This document shows, in pieces, positions 26,698 through 38,800 of a stretch of DNA of 64,000 nucleotides (within the stretch, counting starts at the first letter, position 1; each line of letters opens with the position of its first letter). The notes beneath the pieces are model-generated. The model was not told the DNA's origin, ran no database searches, and saw only the letters and a program-made list of their open reading frames with translations. The stretch covers positions 225,556,001 to 225,620,000 of the forward strand of contig OZ024740.1 in NCBI GenBank assembly GCA_964016885.1, written 5' to 3'. The translations under genes were made by a program, and so were the position numbers. This DNA comes from Eledone cirrhosa. Lineage: Eukaryota.

Positions 26698-26709
26698 ACA
26701 AATAATGAA

Positions 26710-27165
26710 GGTTGGTTCATAGTTGATATGTAGTTAAGTGCAAGCTAACATTTTTAATGTAATGAACCAAAACACAATTTTTGTCAATTGAAATTCTAGC
26801 CATAATGAAAAGAACAATCTCTAACAATAATGAGAAGTTTTTTCAAGATTGACAAGAAAGAAAATTTCATATTTTAAGTTGATTAAATGGAGATAGTTTT
26901 AGTATTATTAAACTTCCTCAGTAAATTATTTGACTTTTAGAATGAATTAAAGAAGTGATAGATTTTTATACGAATATTATTCCCAGTTATGTTATAATAT
27001 TCTCATACAAATCATCAAGCACTTTGATCACTGACTCAAGATATTAACCCTGCAAATCCATTGATTTGTTTTCTTTATATACTGAAAGCTTCAAGATAAT
27101 AATTTGAGTTTTGTATAATTATTTCATTATCTAGACCTGCTGCAGTAAAATGATGTGTTCATATT
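26710..27165 (-). pseudogene. IR-like fragment E (S1 end to about M3)
   Basis: 27065-27148 matches 8339-8422 of fragment C at 74/84 nt by hand alignment; NSNYYLEAFSI is pre-M1-like. Confidence 0.45.
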
Positions 27166-27169
27166 GTGT

Positions 27170-27380
27170 GTTGAGTGGTGGTGGTGGTGGTGGTGGTGAT
27201 GATGCTGAAGATGATAACTGTGTTTTGAATGATGATGGTGGTGGTGCTGGTGGTGATGTTTGTGCCAGTGGTGGGGTGCTGCGGCTGGGGTGGGATGGGT
27301 GTGGGGGTGTAGGGGGTATTATTGCTGCTGCTGTTGCTGTTGCTTCTGTTGCAGTTACTGCTGCTGTTGTTGTTGTTTAC
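27170..27380. repeat. (GGT)n/(GCT)n/(GTT)n low-complexity tract
   Basis: Seen directly. Confidence 0.9.
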
Positions 27381-28715
27381 TCAGATATTAAAATAAACAT
27401 AATGAAATTATAAATGGGAGAACAATTCTAAACTGCTTTAATCTTTTGCAATTCAAGAATAACCTTAGATGATAGTATTATCAATGTAACCAACAAGGTT
27501 AAAACTATTCTTGTTTTAATTATGATAGCAATGCTTTGCTGATGTGGAAAGATTACATGCTACAAACTTTAAAACATTAGTTTAATTTCCTTTGCAATAT
27601 ACGTTTCATAATTTCCCAGAAATCACAAGCTAACTAAATCTCCCTTCATCCATTTTAGTCTGTTATTAGGAAATAATTATGAAAAACGTCTTGAAAAGGC
27701 TTTATATAGCATTTGGGAATTAGCATTGCAATTAATCAGAGAAAAACTTCCAAAATTCTCTAGATCGTTTAATCTACTTACTGTTATGTAGAGAGTGGAA
27801 TCCATGCTAAGAGAAACTCACTAGCATCAAAACATCTATGCATATGAAAGCATATTTCACATATAATATTGTTGGTTTTATTTAGTCCCAGGCCAGCCTT
27901 GATCAAGCAAATGTATCATCAAAAGTATTCTAGTATTGATGATCTAGTCAGTTTTTTTTTGTTAAGTTTACATCACTTAGTGCATCTCTTCTTTGTTTAG
28001 ACATTAGGATGTGATTTTAGGTTGATTTGACTGCAATTTCTATCACATTGAGTAACCGTGTAGAGGTTCCCTTGTTGGCTTATGTTATAGAATATTTATT
28101 GATTTGGTTCTTTTTGCTCAGTAAACCAGAATATTTCTGGTTTCATTACATATAAAACAACAGTAATTTAAATCCCATGATCATTGATATATTCTTCCTC
28201 AAAGAGAAAGCATAGAACCAAAGTTCTGATGTTAACTATAGATAACAACAGCATTATATAAATTAATGAATTCTGTACATGTAAACATATTTAGTATTAT
28301 TGTGAAGACGATATGTTATTGTTTTACTAATATCAACATTCCATTCATTTAATTGAAAATATTTACCCTGTCAAGCAAATAGATAGCTATATTCAGCACA
28401 GGTTCTCCTCTAGTGCTAAACTAAAAAAATTGAAAGCAATCTAACAAGTTATTAAAGGAAAATGTTTGTTTCTATTGATCAACTCACCAACTGAGAGCAG
28501 CTAAATATCTTAATGCTTTACTGCTTTATTCTCCATTGTGAATAACAGAAATATGCAATGATTCATATCTGGGAAATATTGAAGGGCCTACACAACCATT
28601 TGATCAGACTTTACTGTGCAGTGACAAAAATAACATCTCAAACCTGGATATGATATAAAATTCAGAATTTAAATCTAGTCCTAACACACGCACACACACA
28701 CACATATATATATAT

Positions 28716-29060
28716 GAAGGCACATGGCTTAGTGGTAGGAGCATTGGCCTTGCAATCGAAAGGTTGTGAGTTCAATTCTCAGACCAGGTGATGTGTTGTT
28801 TCCCTGAGCAAGACACTTTATTTCACATTGCTCCAGTTTACTCAGCTGTTGAAATGAGATGATAGGGACTGGGGTCCCTATCAATCCACTGTAAAGTGGA
28901 CGTGTAGGCGCCACGGAAAAAAGCACCCAGCAATCACCGTAAATAATGTTGGTGTTAGGAAGGGCATCCAGCTGTAGAAATCATGCCATAATCAGTTCCC
29001 ATCCCACCTTTGCAAGAGGGGAAAATCGGACGTAAAATGAAATGATGATGATGATGATGA

Positions 29061-29063
<3 letters not shown>
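28716..29063 (+). mobile_element. SINE family 2 with an RTE-derived 3' tail
   Basis: tRNA-like head, core and hairpin gatagggactggggtccctatc, then cactgtaaagtggacgtgtagg..aggaagggcatccagctgtagaaa..(GAT)n, shared with the RTE 3' end. Confidence 0.88.
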
Positions 29064-29096
<33 letters not shown>

Positions 29097-29534
29097 CTAC
29101 ATGTATATAAGACTGGTATTGCTACAGTCAGTCCACAAACACTCAGCAAACACCTTTAACTCAACTCCAGCCTGAAATCATGACTCCTGCCAAACCAAAC
29201 CTCACTCACCCTCGAAATTCAGCAAACCAAATGTGGAGTATCTATCTTCCCAAACTTAGCATATGTAACCAGACTGTATAAGCCTACAAATGGGGAAGAC
29301 AGATGTTATCGTGCTGCAGCTGTCATATTACATAGTTTCTATATAATAAAGCCAAGAAAGCTATTATTATCTGCAATGACTATAGCCCCATTACGTAATA
29401 GACCATGCTCTACATCCTTCTGTTGTTTCTTTTGGTGTAAAATGAAGAATTTCAGACAGAATTTGGTATTAAGATATCAAACTGTTTAGGATTCAAACAT
29501 GGAATTTCCCATTAATAATATAACAAAAAATGGG

Positions 29535-29985
29535 AATAATAGGGGTTTCTGATTTAGGCACAAGACCAACAATGTCGGGGACAGGGAACAGTCGATTAAA
29601 TCAACCTCAGTGCATTACTGGTACTTTATTTTGTCGACCCCATAAGGATGAAAGGCAAAGCTAACTTTGGCAGGATTTGAACTCACAATGTAAAGAACCA
29701 TAATTCAGTACCACAAAGCATGTTATCTGACACTCTACCAAAAATGCCAATCAGTAGAAAAATAATAATGGCTTCTGATTTAGGCACAAATCTAACATTT
29801 TTTGGGGGAGGAGAAAGTTGATTAAATTGACCCCCGTGCATTTACTGGTATTTTATTTTGCCGACCCCTTAAGGATGAAAGGCAAAGCTAAGCTTGGCAG
29901 CATTTGATATCAGAATGTAAAGAGCCAAAACTCAATACTACAATGCATGTTGTCAGATGCTCTACCAATACTGCCAATCCATTGC
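29535..29985 (-). mobile_element. Two tandem SINE family 1 copies (longer variant)
   Basis: Two head-to-tail aggatgaaaggcaaagcta..gatttga.ctca.aatg units. Confidence 0.85.
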
Positions 29986-30094
29986 CCTGAGAATATTAAT
30001 AAATATTTGTCTACCATCATAATAAAGTTTTTAACTATGCAAGAATAGAAAAACAGATTTAAAATAATGACTATAATATGATCGAGAATACAAG

Positions 30095-30385
30095 AAGCCA
30101 AAGTGGGGTTCCTCCAAAGGGTCTTTGGAGTAATGTTACTCTATAGAGTGCATAGCTTAGAGATTAGAGTCACACCAGGTAGAGCCGCTACTTTGCTGAA
30201 TTGAGAGATTTCAGTTCCGATATTAAGGGCATGTGGTTAGAATGTCTGAGGAAAGAATTGCTGGATAGATTTTACGGTCAAAACCAACTGGCAGGAGACG
30301 CAGGCATAGACCTAGAGCAAGATGGTTGGATAACATCCATAATCTCGACTGGTCTTGCTTGGAGGTGATTACTTCTGACAGTTGC
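30095..30385 (+). mobile_element. RTE 3' fragment (older subfamily)
   Basis: GHVVRMSEERIAG..GRRRRHRPRARWLDNI. Confidence 0.75.
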
Positions 30386-30471
30386 TCTTGTATATATATA
30401 TATATATCGCTTTTTCTACCCACCGAAATGCGATTCTCGCTGAATTTATACTTATATATATATATATATAC

Positions 30472-33400
30472 GAGAGTATTGAAGTTTGCTTGAAGCATTG
30501 TAGAATAATAAATAAATATCTTTAAGTCGTTTGGAAGCCTCGACAATGCATATGGGTAAATCTCCGGGTAACAAGATCCGGTGGTGGAGAGAGAGATGTA
30601 AGTGGGTGTACGCTGAGATGCGTGGTGTGTAAAGATGTGTAAATGTGTAGAAGAAAGAAGGGAAGAGTATAAAGGATAAAATAAAAATAACAACACAAGA
30701 GAGAGTTACCTTGGGAGAGATTTAATAGTCCCTATATATTTCTGATTCACATCCATCAACTGGGGGGTTTTTTCCGGGGTAAAGGTTGTCTGTCGGACAG
30801 GTGCGAAACGCGTCCTCCGCTGTTTGTTGTTTTGAATATCTGAGGTATTCGGCAGAGCGCGCGTGCGCGTGAAATAGGGTCGGTCGGGCAGAGGTCAGCG
30901 GCCGAATGAGGGAGTGGGGTGGCGCTAGCTGTCAGTCCATTCTCTGCCTGTTTGTTAAATGTTACTGTGTGTGTGTGAGTGTGTGTGTGCGTGTGTAGTT
31001 GCCTTGTTCCTCTGTATTGGCAGGGTAGTATGTTCGTATGGTGGAATGCTACTGTGTGTGTGTGTGTGTAGTTGTCTCGTTTCTGTGTGCGTGTGTTGTG
31101 TGTTGCTACATCGTTTGTTAACTTAAACCAGCCATCTCATTTCGCTTCTCTCTAATCGGTTGTTTATTTGCAGTTGCAGGCGTTTGATAAAAAGTGCTTC
31201 CTTGATACGTAACGTGCCGACGTTTCTTTCAGTCGCTAGAATTGTGACAATGGGCCTTCCGTCTTTATTTCCGCATTTGTCTATGTGTTTCCGGAAAGAC
31301 GAGGCCCTGGTTTTAGTGTGTTCCTTGATCCGGATGTGCAAAGGTCGGATTGTGCTACCTATGTAGTATTGGTCGCACCTGTCACATTCTATCTTATACA
31401 CGACGTATGTGCGTAGGCAACAGTTCGCATGGCGTATCGGGCAGTCTCTGAGGGAGCATGCGTCAGTAGATTTCCCGGGTTTCTTGGAGAGGCATCTTCG
31501 CAGGGAGGGGCCCGAGTGGGCCAGGTGGATGTCGAGGCCCTCCCTCCGTATAGCCTTGCGGATAGCGTTGGTGGTATTCTCGCCCAGATGTGGAATTTTA
31601 AGGAAGAACTTGCCTTGGGTGCCTCTCTGTCTCTTGTGTCTGGTGTCTCCTATTCTGTCTGTGATCGAGGTAGGGTACCCGTTCGTCTCCAGCACCTCGA
31701 GGAATCGCTTGGTATGAGTGACACCACTCGCGGGATCGCTGCATCTGTTTTTGATTCGCGCGATCTCGTTCGTGATGTATCCTCTTTTGGCACTGTTAGG
31801 GAGGGCGGACTTGTAGTGAACGAACAGGTCCCTGCAGGCTGCCTTTCGGTAGAAGTTGCAGTGGATCCTTCCCTGTTCCGTGATGTTGATTCGGAAGTCG
31901 AGGAGGGCAAGTGGCCCGTCTTCGTTGGGATGTTCAACACTGAAGTCAATGTTCTCGCCCGTGTTGTTGAACGTCTCATAGATTCTGTTCGCCGTGTCTT
32001 GGGAAGATGTGAGGTTGAGGATATCGTCCACGTACCTTGAGAAAAAGGCTAAGGCGTTGGGGTGGCAGGCGTTGAGTGCCTTGCGTTTGAGGTTGTCCAT
32101 GTAAGAGATCGCTAGCACACCTGATAGGCTTGATCCCATGGGCAATCTCGAGGTTTGTTGGTATGTTTGGTCAAGGAATCCGAAGTAGGTGTTGTCGACG
32201 ACGATGGATAGGAGTTGGTGGATGTCAGTGGTGGTGAGCCCGAAGCAGTGTAAGTCGGTGGATTGGACGCGTTCCATCAGTATGTTGACGGCCGGGAGTG
32301 CCGGGACCGAGGTGTAGAGAGCGACTACATCAAGGCTGAAGGCATATCTGTTATTCCTTCTGGTGCCGGGATCCATTTGATGCAGGCGCTTCAACACCTC
32401 CTCGGAGCTGTTAACGTGTCCCGGCAAGGTGTCTAAGATGGGTTTGAGTATTCTGGCTAGGAGCCATGAAATTTTGTAGAGTGGTCGCTCCACGCTCGAT
32501 ACGATGGGTCTGATCTTCAGGTCGAGTCCCTGTTTGTGTGTTTTCACGAGGTGGTAGAAGGCGGGTAGTCTGCTGTTCCTCGTGAGGAGGTTGTATCTCA
32601 GCTTCTTCGGGAGCTTCCGTCGGTCACAGATGTTGGTCCAGGCGGCGTTGATGTGCTCTTCTATCTGCGCGGGAGTGATTCCCATGACCTTGGAGTAGAG
32701 GTTGTCATCGTCAAGGTGTTGGAGGGCCAGGGTGTTGTAGGCCTCTCTGCTGATGACGCAGAATTCTTTTCCCTTGTCGGAGGGGAGATAGATGAGGTTC
32801 TTCGATTTTAGGTTGGAGAGAGTGGTGAGTTGAGATTTGGTGAGGTTCTGTGTTGTGCGTGTGTGTTTGTGAAATATATCCGAGATGGAGTGTTTTAGCC
32901 TGATGAGTTTAGTGTCGAGTTCGTGGTTGGTGGGTGGGGGGTGGAGTGGGTTGTCGGGGTGGTAAGTGGGGAACTTGGGGTGGGTTGCGTGGGCGCTGTT
33001 ATTTTCAGTGGCGCTGTTGATGGCGGTCACCCATTTAAGTTGGTAAGCGGCTCGACAAAAGTTGGCCTCGATGTTGAGTTTGAGTCTGACGTCGAGACGT
33101 TGTGAGACGATGAACTTGGGTCCGAGGTGTAGGAGTTTCAGCTCGTCGCTCGTGAGAGTGCCGGTTAGGTCGGTGACCAGGTGCGTCGCATCGTTGAGGT
33201 ATGGCTCGGTGTTGGTGGATGCGGCGGTGGCGGTTGTTAAGTTGTTGTTTCCCACGTGGTTCTGGTCCGTCCGTTCGTTAGTGTCGATGTTCCTGTTGTG
33301 GCGTTTCGACAAGATCCACTCATATTTTCGCTTGAGCCGTTTTTTCTGGTATTGGACTCTGAAGTGGTAGCACTGGTCGATTGCTTTAGTGATTTTCAGG

Positions 33401-33900
33401 AGCAAGTCCCCGGGTGCTATTGGTAGTCGATGTGTCCGCTATGGACGTGTAATTGGCGGTTGAGATGTCTCAGGATCTGTTTAATACATGTGCGATGTAT
33501 GCGATTAGTGGTGTTTTGGAAAGCTGGTGTACGCAGGCTTACTGGTAAGCGGATGTTCCTGATGGTGTTGGGGATGACATCGTTTTTTAGGCAGCGTTTC
33601 AGGAAAATAATTTGACAGCCAGCGTTGGCCCATTTCTCCGACAGTCTAAGCAGTTCCCTTACGGATGCAAACAATTCCTGGCTCAGGTGTAAGGATAAGA
33701 GAGTATTGAAGTTTGCTTGAAGCATTGTGGAATAATAAATAAATATCTTTAAGTCGTTTGGAAGCCTCGACAATGCAAATGAGTAAATCTCCGGATAACA
33801 AGATCCGGTGGTGGAGAGAGAGATGTAAGTGGGTGTTCGTTGAGAGAAGAAGAGAGGGAGGGAGAGAAGAGGGAAAGTTATGGAAAGAAGAAAATATCCC
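30472..33900 (-). mobile_element. Penelope-like element with pseudo-LTR direct repeats
   Basis: ~135-bp direct repeat at 30472-30607 and 33698-33836 covering the ORF start; RT-GIY-YIG ORF; (TA)n near both ends. Confidence 0.92.
31123..33405 (-). CDS. Penelope-like reverse transcriptase plus GIY-YIG endonuclease (760-aa open frame; N-terminus in another frame at 33417-33773)
   Basis: PSDKG, KIRPIVS, SLDVVALYTSVP, LPMGSSLS, RYVDDI, LLDF, NGYP, YVVYKIECDRCDQYYIGST..RIKEH, KEALFI. Confidence 0.9.
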   Translation of the reverse strand: MLLKITKAIDQCYHFRVQYQKKRLKRKYEWILSKRHNRNIDTNERTDQNHVGNNNLTTATAASTNTEPYLNDATHLVTDLTGTLTSDELKLLHLGPKFIVSQRLDVRLKLNIEANFCRAAYQLKWVTAINSATENNSAHATHPKFPTYHPDNPLHPPPTNHELDTKLIRLKHSISDIFHKHTRTTQNLTKSQLTTLSNLKSKNLIYLPSDKGKEFCVISREAYNTLALQHLDDDNLYSKVMGITPAQIEEHINAAWTNICDRRKLPKKLRYNLLTRNSRLPAFYHLVKTHKQGLDLKIRPIVSSVERPLYKISWLLARILKPILDTLPGHVNSSEEVLKRLHQMDPGTRRNNRYAFSLDVVALYTSVPALPAVNILMERVQSTDLHCFGLTTTDIHQLLSIVVDNTYFGFLDQTYQQTSRLPMGSSLSGVLAISYMDNLKRKALNACHPNALAFFSRYVDDILNLTSSQDTANRIYETFNNTGENIDFSVEHPNEDGPLALLDFRINITEQGRIHCNFYRKAACRDLFVHYKSALPNSAKRGYITNEIARIKNRCSDPASGVTHTKRFLEVLETNGYPTSITDRIGDTRHKRQRGTQGKFFLKIPHLGENTTNAIRKAIRREGLDIHLAHSGPSLRRCLSKKPGKSTDACSLRDCPIRHANCCLRTYVVYKIECDRCDQYYIGSTIRPLHIRIKEHTKTRASSFRKHIDKCGNKDGRPIVTILATERNVGTLRIKEALFIKRLQLQINNRLERSEMRWLV

Positions 33901-34019
33901 AGTGGACCATCGTATTGGATTTATATCATACTCATCATCATAATCATCATCATCATCACATATATATATATATATGCATCTGTGTGTGTAGTTTATCATG
34001 ATTAAATGCAGCCCTAAAA

Positions 34020-34500
34020 GATTACTCTGTGAAGTGGATGGTATTAGGAAAGATTTCCAGCTGTAAAAACCATGCAAAAACCCTCCAGCCATGACATGTA
34101 GTGACAAGAAGGGCATCTAATTATAGAAAACCTGTCAGGAAAGTGTCAAGGGGACACTTCAGTTGTGTCAAGGGCAAGACAACCTACATTGTATTGGTGA
34201 TTTATATGATAAAGACATTGGGGGAACTACTCAATTGTGTCAAAGGTATGGCATTTTCCCTAATGCAGGTGCCACAATAAAATGCACTCAATACATTGTG
34301 GGAACATAAGGGAAATGCATGCCCTCAGTTCATTTGAGAAGATGCCATGATGAAATGCACCTGGTACACATTTAAAGTGTTAGAACATATGTAAGAAATA
34401 TGTGAGACTCCAGCTCATCTGAGAGGTCGCTCTGATTAATTACTGATATGGTCTGTGATGATCTCCCCCAACCCTAGCTAGCATGTTAAATTATGATGCT
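34020..34500 (+). repeat. Old SINE/RTE-tail-derived repeat with internal tandem units
   Basis: Repeated aggaa.g.catccagctgta and caattgtgtcaa motifs; related to 6160-6390, 42890-43440 and (reverse) 54960-55640. Confidence 0.5.
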
Positions 34501-34889
34501 GATGCATCCCATGTACAGAATATACTGGGCTGAAAACATGCATAGGACTTACAAAAAATACATTAAAAAGAAAATACAAAGCACACACATGCCTTCAGAT
34601 TTTAAGATAAAATGAATTCCACCTCCCTATTTTAACATATCTGGAAATGAAGGGTAATAGAATTAACAAAGATTTCATAAGTTGGAAAATTGTTGAGTTT
34701 GAAACCCCATATATGAAAGAGAAAAATATTCAAAGATATCAAAGATGATAAGAATCTTGTCAGATAGGTCCTCTTTCTTCTGCATGATACAAACCATCTT
34801 CACATATATGTGTGTGTATATGCATGTAGGCATTTGATGTGTATTTAACACATACACACACACAAACACAGAGACTCACACACACACAC

Positions 34890-35383
34890 ACATCATCATT
34901 TCATCATTTCATTTTACGTCCGTTTTTTCCCTGCTTGCAAGGGTGGGACGGGAAATGATGCTGGCTTGATTTCTACAGCTGGATGCCCTTCCTAACACCA
35001 ACCTCATTTGCAGTGAGTGCTGGGTGCTTTTTTTCCATGGCGTCTACACGTCCACTTTACAGTGTGGGCTGGGTGCTTTTTTGCCGTGGCACCTCCACGA
35101 CCACTTTGCAGTGAAAGAGTGTGGGGGCATATTGTCTACATGCTTCAGCTTCGGCTTGTACCCGTGGGGGGTCGGGTCTTCTGTATTACTGCGTGACAGC
35201 AGAAGTCATGGACATGTGTCATCACTTTAGAGAGGTGCAATTGGGTAAGGTCGGCTTTTATCACCTCATCCCAGGTCTTCTTGGGTCTCCCTACTACAGG
35301 GCTTCCATCAACTTCTAGTGCTCTGCACCTTTTTATGCAGCTGTCATCCTTCATATGCATCACATGTCCATACCAATGCAACT
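34890..35383 (-). mobile_element. RTE LINE 3' fragment
   Basis: ORF 35145-35381 WYGHVMHMKDDSCIKRC..GRPKKTW plus 3' UTR. Confidence 0.9.
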
Positions 35384-35899
35384 ATATATATATGTTTATA
35401 TATATATATGGCCACCTATCCCACAATTTCTCCCCCCCCCCTCTCTCTCTCAAAGCCACCTATTCCCTAGCTATTACCTCCCTTCTCTCTTCCATTCATT
35501 CTTCATTCATCTTGAGGTTTTTCACAAAATCAGACACACTTGATTCTGAAAGGCAAAAATGGATTACTAGAACTAACTCCTAAACTATATTCCACACATC
35601 CATACATTTCCAGGTATCTCGCTTCCCTAATTGCAAATGTTCCGCTCAGATTATTATCATTATTGTTGTTATTTATCATTTCGCTGGCCTTCACAACGCA
35701 TGTATATTCTTTACCCTTGTTTTTTCCACGTTGGCTATTATGACTGTCTCTAAGAAAGTCATCTATCCCCTTACCTCCCTTCCTCTCTCTTTTCGAGGTT
35801 TACGAAGGTAGGAGAACATCTTCGAAATTTGCCTTTTCTAATATACGTACTTGTATTGGATTATTTCACCCAAATCTCCTGGGATGATATAAGCCGCCA

Positions 35900-38800
35900 T
35901 GATGGCTACCTATCTCACAATTTCCCTCCCACCTGCCCACTCACACCACCATAGCCTATTCAACCAATCAAACCTCAGCAACATCTCCCCCACCCATTAC
36001 CAACCCTAACAAACTCTGCCATTACTATTATTACTACTACTTTTCTTCTAGCCCTTACCAGCCCCAACAAACCCTGCCATTATTACCACTACTGTTCTTC
36101 TGGCACTGAATTCTTTTACCGTTATGAGCTGAGGATAAATGGAGCAACCCCGAATAAATAAATGAATATGAATCCGCGAGTTACCAAGCACCCATGCGAA
36201 GCTTTAATTCTGAGACAGGAAGCATACACACAACCCTGCAAAAAACTAACTTTTCCCACGAATGTTGGCAAATGCCCAAAACTCTGAGTTGGTATCAGCA
36301 ATGTAAGCACAATGAAAGGAAGAGCAGGAGAAATCGTAGAGATGCTAGAGTGAAAGAAAATTGATGTATGCTGTGTGCAAGAGACTAGATGGAGAGGAGA
36401 GTTTTCTAAAGTCCTTGTAGGCAAAAGTCCATGCTACACATTTTTCTGGGTGGGAAATGACAATGGGATGGGAGGTGTAGGTATACTATTAGCTGACAAA
36501 TGGGTAGATAAGGTAATCTCAGTGAACAGTGTGAACGCAAAAATCATTAAACTCAGACTAGTCCTCAATAAGACAATTGCCACAATAATATCAGCTTACG
36601 CACCCTAATCGGGGTTGCCAGACGAACTTAAGGATAGATTTTACAAGTACTTAATGCAGACTACTGCCCTAACAAACAACAATAACTTCCAAATCATTGC
36701 AGGAGATTGTAACGGACATGCAGGTAAACACCGTGACAGCTTCTATAGAGTCCATGGAGGCCACAGGTTCGGCACAAGAAGTGAAGAAGGCCTCAGGCTT
36801 CTAGAGTTCTGCGACGCCAATGACATGTCGATATGTAACATAAACTTCAAAAAACCCAACAACCAGGGACAATCAGGGGAGCATTCTAGTCAGATAGATT
36901 TTATCTTCATCAGAGGACATGACAGATGGACGGCCGTAAACACAAAAGCCTTCCCTAGTGGGGAATGTACCTCCCAACATAGCTTAGTTGTCAGCGACCT
37001 CACGGTCAGAACTAGACAAACCTGGAAACAGAAGCCAACTTGGAGAAGAAAGATCTGGAAGCTGAAAGACCCCTCAGCCAGTAACAGATTTAAAGATATT
37101 TTACTCGACGCCTATGACAGTAAAGAAGAACAGATAAAAACATTCAATGTAGAAGAGCACTGGGAGTTCCTAAAAAATAACTTACTAAAGCCGACGGATG
37201 AGATCTGTGGTTGAAGCAAGTCCACAAGTAGGAGGAGAGTGACTTGGTGGTAGAACAATAAGGTAGATGAGGCAGTTAAGGCAAAGAGACAGGCATGGAA
37301 AGAATGGAAGAATGGGGAAGTAGGGTACATTATATAGAGACCAAGAGAGAAGTTAGGCGACAAGTATACTTAGCTAGGAGGGAAGCAGAGGATAGAAAAT
37401 TCAAGCAGGTTTGCAACGTGAGGACCAGAAACAGGAGGTGTTAAAGATTGCGAGCAGTGTGTCAGAGAGAATTGTGATGTAATTGGAGAGAAGTGTATCC
37501 AGAATGATAAAGGTGAGCTTGCCCTCGCAAGTGCTGAGAAGAAAGATGCGTGGAAGAGGCATTATGAAGGATTACTAAATGAGGAGAATGCATGGGAAGA
37601 AGAGACTCTACCCCAAGTAGACCCTATAGAGGGGCCAGCAGCACAAATCAGCTGCAGCGTAGTAAGTAAGGCAATCAAAGATATGAAGATGTGGAAGGCA
37701 ACCTGTCCATCGGGTATAACTGCCGAGATGCTGTAGGCATCTGGGTCAATAGGTCACACTATAACCATACGTATTGTTAACCAGGTAATACTAGAGGGTG
37801 TTATACCAAAGGATTGGTGCAGCAGCATCATTGTCAACTGTTTCAAGGGTAAAGGTGATACACTAGATAGAGGAAACTATAGAGGTATAAAGCTGATGGA
37901 CCAGGTCATGAATGTTGATTAGGGACTGGCTGAAACTAGATGAGATGCAATTTGGTTTTGTGCGAGGAGCAGGCACCACTGATGCCCTCTTCCTTGTGAG
38001 GCAGTTACAGGAAAAGTACCTAGCTAAAAGTAAGCCGCTCTACCTGGCATTCGTAGATCTGACAGAGTCCCCTGTGCTATAATCTGGTGGGCCCTTAGAA
38101 AACTAGGAGTAGACGAATGGATTGTGAAAGCTGTACAAGCCATGCATAGGGAAGCAGTCAGCAAAGTTAGGATTAGCAATGACTATAGCGAGGAATTTAG
38201 CATACTGGTTGGTGTCCACTAGGCCTCTGTTCTTAGCCCTCTCCTTGCAGGCAATAACATAGGAGTTTAAGACCGGATGCCCATGGGAACTCCTGTATGC
38301 AGATGACCTCGCACTTATAGCTGAATCTATGGTAGAACTAGAGAACAATTTCCAAAAATGGAAGCAGGGACTAGAAAGAAAGAGTCTCAAAGTCAACCTG
38401 ACAAAGACTAAGGTCCCTGTAAGTAGACAAGAAAACAGAACCAAGATCCCCTCAGGCAAATGGCCTTGGTCAGTATGTAGGAAAGGTGTAGGTAGGAACT
38501 CCATCCTCTGCCCCAAATGCAAACCATGGGTACACAAGAGATGTAGTGGGATCTCAGTAAGCTTAACTAAGAATGTAGGCTTCACGTGTAGCAGCTGTGC
38601 TGGGACAGCAAGCAGCAAACAGCCACAGGAAACAAGCACCACCAAACTCTGGGAGGGCTCTGTAGAAAAAGTAGACAGCTTCTGCTACCTAGGTGACCAA
38701 ATTAGCAGCGGAGGTGGGTGTTCAGAAAGTACAATAACTAAGGTAAGAACGGGATGGAAGAAGTTCAGGGAACTACTGCCACTGCTAGCTGCAAAAGGCT

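Larger units (their letters stand above)
27430..30100 (-). pseudogene. IR/iGluR-like pseudogene F (S1 start through M4) split by SINEs
   Basis: FLFLHS*KLYYDGRQIF (~30000-30055); SFLGFII*KLCNMTAAA (~29312-29362); SLIKWLCRPFNISQI*IIAYFC (~28546-28611; cf. FL.PF...IW); pore loop YSYLFA*QG (~28365-28391); M3 FINLYNAVVIY; S2 C..LFPNNRLKWMKGDLVSL*FLG; M4 RIVLTLLVTLIILSSKVILE (~27450-27512). Confidence 0.7.

Noticed and set aside
30725-30790. Hammerhead in the first Penelope (minus strand GAAA-TATA-TA-GGG; also plus-strand gaaacgcgtc at 30805-30814)
   Set aside because: Only the 3' half fits, with no intact CUGANGA box upstream. At most a decayed remnant.
31123-33773. Naiad-type selenoprotein Penelope
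   Set aside because: The GIY-YIG domain is C-terminal to the RT, and the 760-aa frame has no in-frame TGA.
36215-36295. HDV-like fold upstream of the RTE endonuclease (tcccacg loop, ggca/tgcc hairpin)
   Set aside because: P1 overlaps P3, the J4/2 linker is too long, and the putative P2 strand lies in coding sequence.
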